The translations under genes were made by a program, and so were the position numbers. A DNA stretch of 64,000 nt from Candidatus Dojkabacteria bacterium (lineage in GTDB: Bacteria > Patescibacteriota > Dojkabacteria > B142 > WJKM01), in assembly GCA_014729085.1 (NCBI GenBank), contig WJKM01000009.1, positions 61,973-125,972 of the forward strand. Direction: 5' to 3'. Below the pieces are notes generated by a model. It saw only the letters and a program-made list of their open reading frames with translations, was not told the DNA's origin and did no database searches. Below are positions 1 through 8,507 of the stretch, in pieces; the stretch's first letter is position 1, and each line of letters starts with the position of its first letter.

Positions 1-431
1 GCTTTGATTTCAATTTTCTTGGGCTTTACTTCATCCGCCTTAGGCATCTTAATTTTCAAGATTCCTTTTTCAAGTTCAGCTTCTGCTTTTTCAGATTTGA
101 CTTTTGTAGGTAATGCAATAGACCTACTGAATGAATCACATCTAATTTCTTTTCTAAAATACTTTCTTTTTTCATCTTTTTCTTGTTCTTGTTTTTCGGA
201 GGAGGCCGATACAGTAAGTACATTATCTTCTATACTAATATCAAGATCTTCATTGTCGAATCCGGAGATATTATTAAATTCAGCAACTATATTATCATCA
301 TCTTCATATAGATCTACAGCAATAGGAGAGTATTCTCCCACATCAAAGGGACTAAAAAAATTATCAAGCAAAAAGTCATCAGAAAATACTCTTCTTGGAT
401 CAAAAAGAGCTAATCGTCTGTTTTTTCTCAT
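1..431 (-). CDS. hsp20: Hsp20/alpha-crystallin small heat-shock protein (3' end runs off the window)
   Basis: Absent from the ORF track. Manual minus-strand translation from ATG 431: MRKNRRLALFDP...VDLYEDDDNIVAEF...EDLDISIEDNVLTVS...RKEIRCDSFSRSIALPTKV...AELEKGILKIKMPK...PKKIEIK, a typical alpha-crystallin domain with the C-terminal IxI motif. Confidence 0.93.
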   Translation of the reverse strand, partial: MRKNRRLALFDPRRVFSDDFLLDNFFSPFDVGEYSPIAVDLYEDDDNIVAEFNNISGFDNEDLDISIEDNVLTVSASSEKQEQEKDEKRKYFRKEIRCDSFSRSIALPTKVKSEKAEAELEKGILKIKMPKADEVKPKKIEIK

Positions 432-456
432 AATAATAATTTTAAAAAATAAAATA

Positions 457-483
457 TTAGCAGTTGTTGACTGTGTCTGCTAA
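457..483. promoter_or_regulatory. CIRCE-like HrcA operator 1
   Basis: TTAGCAGTT-N9-GTCTGCTAA, with the 9-9-9 geometry of CIRCE (TTAGCACTC-N9-GAGTGCTAA), just upstream of hsp20. Confidence 0.8.
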
Positions 484-485
484 TT

Positions 486-516
486 ATTATATACAAAAAT
501 TTATTTATTTTGTCAA
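486..516 (-). promoter_or_regulatory. sigma70-type promoter of hsp20
   Basis: Minus-strand TTGACA (516-511) and TATAAT (491-486). The spacer is long (19 nt). It lies between the two CIRCE-like sites. Confidence 0.55.
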
Positions 517-517
517 G

Positions 518-544
518 TTAGCAGATGATATATTTAAATGCTAA
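518..544. promoter_or_regulatory. CIRCE-like HrcA operator 2
   Basis: TTAGCAGAT-N9-AAATGCTAA, immediately next to the -35 box. Confidence 0.7.
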
Positions 545-651
545 GTAAAAAAATGTAATTTTAGATAAAAATTTGCATTTAGATGTTGTAATTGTTTCTA
601 AATTCTGCAAATATATATTGGTAATAATTAAAGGTAATCTATATATATTCA

Positions 652-1914
652 ATGAATAAAGGAAAAGTTTTAATGCTAGGATGGGAGTATGCCCCTTTTT
701 ATTCAGGGGGGCTTGGAATTGTAACCCGTTCTATTGTTAATAGTCTTAAAAAACAAGGAATGGATATTATACTTGTATTACCTAAAGTTCCCTTTGAACT
801 AAATGAAGACCAACTAGAAATAATCAATGCTTCAAAAGTCAAAATAGAAAGCCCCGAAAGTATCATTTATTCAGATATTGAGATTAATAGTCTATTGACT
901 GCTTATTCAACTTCATACAGCTATAAGGAGAGAATTAATAAACTAATTGAAATAGGTGCCAAAGAAATGAGTGACAAAACTGCAAATGAGGTTTACGGAA
1001 CTAATTTGTTCAATGAGGTGGAGAGATATGCTCAAAAAGCTGCTAAGATTGCTGAAAAATATCCTCATCAAGTAATCCATACACATGACTGGATGACTGC
1101 AAAAGCAGGTCTTGCAGCAAAGAAGGTAAGTAATAAACCAATGGTTATGCATATTCATGCAACTGAATTTGAAAGGAGTGCTGGAAATCCTAATCAGGAT
1201 GTATATGAAATTGAACGAGAGGGTATGAATGGTGCAAGTAAAATTATTGCAGTATCTGAACGTACAAAAGAAAAAATTGTAAGCAATTATGGTGTGTCTG
1301 AGGATAAGGTAGTAGTTGTTCATAATGCAATAGAAAAATATCCACAAGCAAAACGTATTGGCAAGAAAATTAATAAAACAGATAAGATTGTATTATTTCT
1401 TGGTAGACTTACTTTACAAAAAGGAGCAGAATTTTTATTGGAAGCAGCAGAAAAAGTTTTAAGGCATAAAAGACGAGTGAAGTTTGTGTTTATTGGTCAT
1501 GGAGATATGCTTCCATTTTTAATTAAAAGGAGTATAGATCTAGGAATTGAAAAAAAAGTTATGTTTACTGGTTTTATGGATCATGAAGATGTAGATAAAG
1601 CCTATCAAATGGCAGATGTATATGTTATGCCTTCCGTGGATGAACCTTTTGGTATTACAACTTTAGAAGCTATTAAAAACGGTACACCAGTTATTATTTC
1701 AAAGCAATCTGGAGTTAGTGAAGTTATTGTAAATGCGTTAAAAGTTGATTTTTGGGATATTGATGAATTAGCAAATCAAATCTTAAGTGTGATTAGATAT
1801 AATCCACTTTCAAAGTGCATAGCCCAAAATGCTGAAGAAGAATTAAAGAGATTAGATTGGGATAAACAATGTAAGAAAATTATGAATGTCTACGAACAAG
1901 TTAATAGTAAGTAG
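652..1914 (+). CDS. GT4 glycosyltransferase (glycogen/alpha-glucan synthase-like)
   Basis: MLGWEYAP..SGGLG, HTHDWMT, HIHATE, FLGRLTLQKG and EPFGITTLEA motifs; first gene of the glucan cluster. Confidence 0.88.
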   Translation: MNKGKVLMLGWEYAPFYSGGLGIVTRSIVNSLKKQGMDIILVLPKVPFELNEDQLEIINASKVKIESPESIIYSDIEINSLLTAYSTSYSYKERINKLIEIGAKEMSDKTANEVYGTNLFNEVERYAQKAAKIAEKYPHQVIHTHDWMTAKAGLAAKKVSNKPMVMHIHATEFERSAGNPNQDVYEIEREGMNGASKIIAVSERTKEKIVSNYGVSEDKVVVVHNAIEKYPQAKRIGKKINKTDKIVLFLGRLTLQKGAEFLLEAAEKVLRHKRRVKFVFIGHGDMLPFLIKRSIDLGIEKKVMFTGFMDHEDVDKAYQMADVYVMPSVDEPFGITTLEAIKNGTPVIISKQSGVSEVIVNALKVDFWDIDELANQILSVIRYNPLSKCIAQNAEEELKRLDWDKQCKKIMNVYEQVNSK

Positions 1915-1968
1915 GGAATTATTTTTTTGTCAACCTGCACTCATATAATCTTTTCACAGTGTTGTTTT

Positions 1969-3297
1969 ATGTATAAAAAATCCATATGTTTTTATTTTCA
2001 AGTTCATCAACCTTGGCGTCTTTCCAAAGTTAATATACTTCGTTTAGCTGAGCAGGATGATTTATTTGAAGGTTTTGGACATGGGGATAATAAAGCAGTA
2101 TTTAAAAAAGTTGCCGAAAAGTGTTATTTGCCAACTAATAAACTTTTATATTCAATAATTAAGAAGCATCCTGAAGTAAAGGTAACTTTCTCTTTGTCTG
2201 GTGTATTCCTAGATCAGGCAGAATGTTTTGATAAAAGGGTGATTAAAAGTTTTAAAAAACTTCTGGATACTGGTAATGTGGAATTAATGAATGAGACGTA
2301 CTATCATTCATTAGCTTGGCTTTTTTCAAAAAAAGAATTTGCGCATCAAATTAAGATGCATAGATCTAAAATATGGAAATTATTTAAACGGAGACCAGTT
2401 TTTTTTAGAAATACTGAATTAATTTATAACAATCAAGTAGCTAACTTCGCAAGATTAATCGGTTTTAATGGAATAGTTGCAGAGGGATGGGATCCTCTCC
2501 TAAACGGTCAAAATCCAAATTTTGTATATAATGCAAAAACTTGCGATATTCATCCTGAAGATAGAAAAATTGCAGATGATGCTTGTTTTACAAAAAGGCG
2601 AAATCATAAAATTAAATTGTTGTTAAAAAATTATCGCCTTTCTGATGATATTGCTTTTAGATTTTCAAATAAAGACTGGCCTGAGTATCCTCTTACTGTA
2701 GAAAAGTATGCAGATTGGATTGAGTTTTCTGATGGTAATACCTACAATCTATTTTTGGATTATGAAACATTTGGCGAACATCAATGGGAAGAAACTGGAA
2801 TTTTTGAATTTCTTAGAAAACTTCCTACTGAATTACTGCAGAGAAATATATACTTTAGAACTGTATCAGAGACAATCAAAGATTATAGAGTAAAAGGTGA
2901 AATTGATATTCATAACCTCATTTCATGGGCAGATGAAAGTAGAGATCTTTCAGCATGGGTTGGTAATCGGATTCAAGAAGCTGCAATAAAAGCGGTTTAT
3001 GATTTGGAGCCAAGGATAATAGCATTGACTAAAGGAAAAAAGAGAAGAGAGGAAAAAGATGCCCTAATTGAAATTTGGCGTCGACTGCAAACATCTGATC
3101 ATTTTTATTATATGTGTACTAAGTACTGGAATGATGGTGATGTACATAAATACTTCAGTCATTACGAATCACCATATAACGCATTTATTAACTTTATGAA
3201 CTGTTTCAATGATTTTGTTTTACAGCTCGATAAGTTTGAACAACAAGACAAAAAAGACAAAATAGAATCAAAATCGGAAAAAATACATGAAGCTTAA
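1969..3297 (+). CDS. GH57 alpha-amylase family protein
   Basis: FYFQVHQP, ETYYHSL, FRNTELIY, LSDDIAFRFS, DYETFGEHQ and LQTSDHFYYM motifs. ATG 1969 is preferred over TTG 1927. Confidence 0.93.
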   Translation: MYKKSICFYFQVHQPWRLSKVNILRLAEQDDLFEGFGHGDNKAVFKKVAEKCYLPTNKLLYSIIKKHPEVKVTFSLSGVFLDQAECFDKRVIKSFKKLLDTGNVELMNETYYHSLAWLFSKKEFAHQIKMHRSKIWKLFKRRPVFFRNTELIYNNQVANFARLIGFNGIVAEGWDPLLNGQNPNFVYNAKTCDIHPEDRKIADDACFTKRRNHKIKLLLKNYRLSDDIAFRFSNKDWPEYPLTVEKYADWIEFSDGNTYNLFLDYETFGEHQWEETGIFEFLRKLPTELLQRNIYFRTVSETIKDYRVKGEIDIHNLISWADESRDLSAWVGNRIQEAAIKAVYDLEPRIIALTKGKKRREEKDALIEIWRRLQTSDHFYYMCTKYWNDGDVHKYFSHYESPYNAFINFMNCFNDFVLQLDKFEQQDKKDKIESKSEKIHEA

Positions 3298-4708
3298 ATA
3301 TATCCTCTATACAACTATCTTGTTATTCTTATTAACCTTTTCTACTATTAACGCAAAAGATATCTGCGATAATATTTTTCTTGATGTTAATTCGGGAGAG
3401 GAAAATTGTAAACATATTGAATACTTGTTGTATCAGGAGGTAATTCCAAATAAGAAATGTTTCTTTCCTCAAAAGCCGGCAAGGAGAGGAGAGGTAGCAC
3501 ATATGATAGTTAATGCTTTTAATTTTAATATCGGATATAGAGAGAATAGTTTTACAGATATAGGGGAAGATTATGAATATTATCAAGAGATTCTAACCTT
3601 GAATCAGCTAGAAATATTAAATGGTTATTCGGATGGATCTTTTAAGCCATACAGGCCAATAACTCGTGGTGAATTTATGAAAATTTTAGCTAATTCATTA
3701 AGAGAAAAAAAATGGTATCTATATAAAGAAAGTACAATAAATTTGGAAACTGTTTTTTCCGATGTTCCTCAAGATTATTGTTTTAGAGAATATATTTCAA
3801 ATTTATATTCGATTAAGCTTCCAAACGAGGAACGAATCTTCCGTGGATTTTCAGATGGAACATTTAAACCCGACAAAAATATATCCAAATCATCTATAGC
3901 AAAAATAATTACAAATACGATGAAGTATGCTGGTTTATTTAATCTTAGTTGTCAGGATTTTTACTGCTCAGATAGATATAGTACTAATCTTCATTTATTA
4001 GGGTTAGAAGACATGTATAAAGAGCAGATAGATTTAGAGAATTTAATCTTAAATCTAGGCTACAGCATAGAAAAAAGACCTATATTGGCACATGTGTTCG
4101 GAGAGGGTTGCGAAACATATTTGTTCATTGGGGGTATCCATGGGAGTGAATATAATTCTAGTAATTTAATGAAGCAATGGATAAAGGAAGTAAAAGGTAA
4201 TCAGGGTATTTGGAATAATAAAAGAATAATAATAATTCCCGAATCAAATCCTGACGGTCTTGTAAAACATAAAAGACTTAATTCAAACAATGTTGATCTA
4301 AACCGTAATTTTGATGCAGATTGGCAACAGGTTACTTTCCTAGGTAATCAGGTTTTTTCAAAGGGTGGTGGCTCATATCCATTTTCTGAACCCGAAACTC
4401 AAGTATTAAGAGACTTTGTTATTGCAACGGAACCTAGTTTGATTATTTCATATCATAGCGCTGCTGGTTTTTCGATACCTAATGATAATAAATTAGCATA
4501 TAACATAGCTTTAGAATACTCCGAGTATTCAGGTTATAGATTTACAGGAGATGATGAGTTAAAAGGGTTTGATTATATTATAACTGGATCCTTAGGGAAT
4601 TGGGCGGCTTCGCTTGATATACCAGCGATAGTTGTTGAACTCTCTTCTACCCATAATAACGAATTTGATAAAAATAAGGATGCGATGTGGCAAATTGTAA
4701 ATAGATAA
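3287..4708 (+). CDS. Secreted SLH-domain M14 zinc carboxypeptidase (MpaA/gamma-D-Glu-mDAP peptidase-like)
   Basis: Signal peptide; SLH repeats (GYSDGSFKPYRPITRGE, GFSDGTFKPDKNI); M14 motifs GGIHGSE, NPDG, VDLNRNFD, FSEPET, SYHS and VVEL. Confidence 0.85.
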   Translation: MKLKYILYTTILLFLLTFSTINAKDICDNIFLDVNSGEENCKHIEYLLYQEVIPNKKCFFPQKPARRGEVAHMIVNAFNFNIGYRENSFTDIGEDYEYYQEILTLNQLEILNGYSDGSFKPYRPITRGEFMKILANSLREKKWYLYKESTINLETVFSDVPQDYCFREYISNLYSIKLPNEERIFRGFSDGTFKPDKNISKSSIAKIITNTMKYAGLFNLSCQDFYCSDRYSTNLHLLGLEDMYKEQIDLENLILNLGYSIEKRPILAHVFGEGCETYLFIGGIHGSEYNSSNLMKQWIKEVKGNQGIWNNKRIIIIPESNPDGLVKHKRLNSNNVDLNRNFDADWQQVTFLGNQVFSKGGGSYPFSEPETQVLRDFVIATEPSLIISYHSAAGFSIPNDNKLAYNIALEYSEYSGYRFTGDDELKGFDYIITGSLGNWAASLDIPAIVVELSSTHNNEFDKNKDAMWQIVNR

Positions 4709-4875
4709 TTCTCAATTCTTTAATGAGAATTAAGAAAGAAATCTTAATAAGCTTAGCGAACAAATTGTACTAAGATTAATATAACTAATGTGTAATTGAA
4801 TCATTTTTTACTGGATGAAGGAAATATACTATGATAAATAGGAAGTGAATATATTTTGCATATTAATTATTCTTT

Positions 4876-5994
4876 ATGAGTAACGCAAAACTTACCTATG
4901 ACGAGTTAATAGAACAGCATCTTAAAATTTTGAAGGATTTACAGTATGATTCCGGGCTATTTGCCGCTTCAAGAAAAAATGTAGAAACTGGTTATGATAA
5001 ATCTTGGTTAAGAGATAATTTCTATGAATGCCTTGCTTTTGAAGTAATTGGTGACTGGGATACAGTGGAAAAAACATATGATGCATTATTGGATATATTT
5101 TTAAAATATGAATCAAAGATTGATTGGGCTATAGAGAATAAACCTATGGCCAAACATGAATATATACATGCTCGATACGATCCTGAAAGTTTTAATGAGT
5201 TTTGGGATGAATGGGGAAATAAACAGAATGATGCTGTGGGTGCAATTCTATTCAAAGTTGGACAACTCGAAGGAAATCATAAGAGAGCAGTTTTGGAAAA
5301 TAAAGATCGAATTAGAATTGTGAATAAATTAGTTAAGTATTTGGAAAGTATTGAATATTGGCATGATAGAGATAGTGGAATGTGGGAAGAGGATGAAGAG
5401 ATACATGCATCATCGGTTGGAGCTTGTGTAGCAGGGCTGAAATCTGTAAGAGAACTTCCGCAGATTGATGTTCCAATGTATTTGATCAAGAGAGGTGAGG
5501 AAACTTTGAAAGCATTACTTCCTCGTGAATCTGAGAGAAAGTTCGTGGATCTTGCGTTGCTTTCCCTTATATACCCCTACAACGTTGTTGATAAGAAACA
5601 AAGTCAGCGAATCCTTGATCATGTAGAGTATCATCTTCTAAAGAGTAGAGGAGTAATCAGATATAAAAATGATCATTACTATAATAAGAATCCTGATGGT
5701 TATAGTGAGGAAGCTGAATGGACTTTTGGATTGTCTTGGCTTGCTATTATCTATGAGAGATTGGGTAATACTAAAAAGGCAAAGTTCTTTATCAAAAAGA
5801 TGGTCGATACACTTACAGAAAAAGGCATACCTGAATTATATTTTTCGAACTCTGATCAGTATAATGAAAATAATCCCTTAGGTTGGAGTGAATCTTTGTT
5901 TATTGTAGCTTTGCATGAAATTAACAACAAAATTCTTAAAGGAAACACTATTTCTAAACCTCCAGTTAATGTAAAGTCAGTTAAATTAAATTAA
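4876..5994 (+). CDS. GH15-like glycoside hydrolase (phosphorylase-kinase regulatory-subunit-like family)
   Basis: WLRDNFY, KQNDAVG, DSGMWEE, GVIRYKNDHY, EAEWTFG, PELY and PLGWSE motifs. Confidence 0.8.
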   Translation: MSNAKLTYDELIEQHLKILKDLQYDSGLFAASRKNVETGYDKSWLRDNFYECLAFEVIGDWDTVEKTYDALLDIFLKYESKIDWAIENKPMAKHEYIHARYDPESFNEFWDEWGNKQNDAVGAILFKVGQLEGNHKRAVLENKDRIRIVNKLVKYLESIEYWHDRDSGMWEEDEEIHASSVGACVAGLKSVRELPQIDVPMYLIKRGEETLKALLPRESERKFVDLALLSLIYPYNVVDKKQSQRILDHVEYHLLKSRGVIRYKNDHYYNKNPDGYSEEAEWTFGLSWLAIIYERLGNTKKAKFFIKKMVDTLTEKGIPELYFSNSDQYNENNPLGWSESLFIVALHEINNKILKGNTISKPPVNVKSVKLN

Positions 5995-6108
5995 GATCAT
6001 TTCAATACAAAAAGTTGTTAAACGAGCAAATATTTTGACTCTCAATTTCCTATAGCATAAAATAAAATATGTAATTTTCATTTATTCATTATTTTTGTAA
6101 CTGCCCGT

Positions 6109-8022
6109 ATGCAGAAAGAATACTTAATTACAAACAGATTAGGAGCTTATTCCTCGAGTACATATGATCTTGGGAACACAAGAAAATATCATGGCTTACT
6201 AGTTGTTTCCAATTCTAATATTGAAAGAAAAGTAATTGTAAACAGGCTAGATGAAAAAGTTGAATTCAGAGGACGGATTGAATATTTAAGCACTAATATT
6301 TATAAAGGTAACTATATAAATCCGTCAGGACATAAATGGCTCAGAAATTTCTCTCTTGAGGATGATCCACTATTTGAATATTTAATAGAATTAATCAGAA
6401 TAAAAAAGAGGATTAAGTTAGCTGATAGATCCAATAAAGTAGAAATTTTTTATGATATAGAAACAAAAATCCCCTTTTTCCTTACAGTTAAACCTTTATT
6501 AACCAATCGTTCTTTTCATGCATTGTCAAAATTTGAAAATACAGATACGTTAAAAGTGTCGGGAAATTATAATGAGGTGAGTGTAGATCTGGATCAAGAA
6601 AGCCATTTAGATATTACTGGAAACTTTAGTGAATTTACTGAAAATAAGGATATTTTTTATAACTTTGAATATCCAGTAGAAAGGGAACGAGGATACGATT
6701 TTCTTGAAGATTTATTTTCAATTGGCGATTTTACATTCAATTTTGGTAGTGGAAAACATAAAATTAATTTGAGGTTTTCTTACCACAATAATAATGATAA
6801 ACAGACCCAGAGCAATAATTTGGATTCTGGGATACTAATAGGAAAACCATCAAAGAGTAATTTGGATACGTTTGATCTACAAAATAACGAGTTGAATGAA
6901 TTTTTGCATTTCTTAGATCAGAAAGCTGATGATTTTATAATAATTAATAATAAGAGAAAATCCATTATAGCTGGCTATCATTGGTTTGAAGATTGGGGGA
7001 GAGATACATTCATTTCATTCAGAGGGTTACTGCTATGTAGAGATAATTTCAATCTTAGTAGGAATATAATTCTGGATTGGATGAAACATATTCGAAACGG
7101 TTTGATTCCAAATCGACCAGGATTAAAGGAATATAACTCATTGGATGCTACACTGTGGTTTATAGTATCTATTTATTATTACTGGCAGGAAACCCAGGAT
7201 GATAAGTTAATTCAATCGTTAATGCCACAGATATCAAATTTGCTTCAGAATCTTATTCTTGGTACTAAATATGGTATCCATACCCTTAAAAATGGTCTTC
7301 TTATCTCTACAGATAATTCCAAAGGTTTAACATGGATGGATGCGGTTGTTAATGGTCAGGCTGTTACTCCAAGGACAGATGCAGCGGTAGAGATCCAGAT
7401 GCTTTGGTATAACGTACTCAATATCTACAAAGTATTTGAATCAAAATTTAATTCATCAAACGATAACTATTATATTAATTTAATCTTAAAAAATCTTAAA
7501 AAGACTTTTAATGAATTATTCTGGGTTGATAAAACTCAATATTTAGCAGACTCAGTTAAACAGAATAATAGGAATATAGAAATAAGACCAAATCCTGTAA
7601 TTGGTATGTCTTTACCTTTTAAATTATTAACCGATAATAAAGCAAAACTTGTTTTAGATAAAATTCAGAAAAAATTACTAACCAAAGTAGGTTTAAAAAC
7701 ATTAAGTCCAGATTCGGAAAAATATATAGGTGAGTACAAAGGAGGGCAAGAAGATCGAGATAGAGCTTATCATAACGGTACTGTATGGCCTTGGCTTTTA
7801 GGGTTCTATTTAAAAAGCTATCTGAATGTTTATGGCAAAACAGAAGTTTCGAAAAATTATATAAAATCTAAACTTTTAGATTTCTGGAGAGAAGTGCAAA
7901 ATCAAGATTTAAATTATTTGCCTGAGGTGTTTTCTGCAGACACTTTGGAACCAAACGGCTGTCTTTCCCAAGCATGGAATTATGCAACTTTAATTGAGGT
8001 TTTATATGATCTTGTTAATTAA
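6109..8022 (+). CDS. Glycogen debranching enzyme (amylo-alpha-1,6-glucosidase, GH133/GDE_N + GDE_C)
   Basis: EYLITNRLGAYSS, TRKYHGLL, IAGYHWFEDWGRDTFI, YNSLDATLW, LTWMDA, AYHNGTVWPW and QAWN motifs. Confidence 0.93.
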   Translation: MQKEYLITNRLGAYSSSTYDLGNTRKYHGLLVVSNSNIERKVIVNRLDEKVEFRGRIEYLSTNIYKGNYINPSGHKWLRNFSLEDDPLFEYLIELIRIKKRIKLADRSNKVEIFYDIETKIPFFLTVKPLLTNRSFHALSKFENTDTLKVSGNYNEVSVDLDQESHLDITGNFSEFTENKDIFYNFEYPVERERGYDFLEDLFSIGDFTFNFGSGKHKINLRFSYHNNNDKQTQSNNLDSGILIGKPSKSNLDTFDLQNNELNEFLHFLDQKADDFIIINNKRKSIIAGYHWFEDWGRDTFISFRGLLLCRDNFNLSRNIILDWMKHIRNGLIPNRPGLKEYNSLDATLWFIVSIYYYWQETQDDKLIQSLMPQISNLLQNLILGTKYGIHTLKNGLLISTDNSKGLTWMDAVVNGQAVTPRTDAAVEIQMLWYNVLNIYKVFESKFNSSNDNYYINLILKNLKKTFNELFWVDKTQYLADSVKQNNRNIEIRPNPVIGMSLPFKLLTDNKAKLVLDKIQKKLLTKVGLKTLSPDSEKYIGEYKGGQEDRDRAYHNGTVWPWLLGFYLKSYLNVYGKTEVSKNYIKSKLLDFWREVQNQDLNYLPEVFSADTLEPNGCLSQAWNYATLIEVLYDLVN

Positions 8023-8039
8023 TATTTTTATTGATAATC

Positions 8040-8468
8040 ATGTTAGATAATATACTAGTTTTTGCAAAAAGCAATCCATTAGTATTTACAGTATTAGCTC
8101 TTGGACTTGTAGTTTTTTTAATGCTTGTATTTGTTGTTTTTACAATAAAAAAAATTGCAGCATTTATAAAATTTGCAGTTTTTGCAATATTTATACTTAT
8201 TCTCTCGATTTTTATATATTTTTCTTTCATAAAAGATAGGAAAGCTCAGTATGATATTTGCGAAACTAATCCTGGAAGTTATGGATGCTGGGTTTGTGAG
8301 AATCAAGATCGCTACTCCGATCTTACTGTCACTCAATGTAATGATTGTAATGATAACCCTGAAGCTTTTATTGTTGGTTCAATTGTCAAATGTAAAGAAG
8401 AAACAGAAGAGGAAGGGGAGGTTTTATCAGAAAAAGAAATAATGGATATATTAGGAGTATCCGAATAG
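8040..8468 (+). CDS. Small membrane protein with a Cys-rich C-terminal domain
   Basis: Two hydrophobic helices, then six Cys (two CxxC) and an acidic tail; co-oriented within the operon. Confidence 0.7.
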   Translation: MLDNILVFAKSNPLVFTVLALGLVVFLMLVFVVFTIKKIAAFIKFAVFAIFILILSIFIYFSFIKDRKAQYDICETNPGSYGCWVCENQDRYSDLTVTQCNDCNDNPEAFIVGSIVKCKEETEEEGEVLSEKEIMDILGVSE

Positions 8469-8507
8469 AGAAAGGTAAAAGAAATTAATTTTAAAATATT
8501 TAGGTGT

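Noticed and set aside
4-483. 159-aa plus-strand ORF in the track
   Set aside because: It is the antisense shadow of the minus-strand hsp20.
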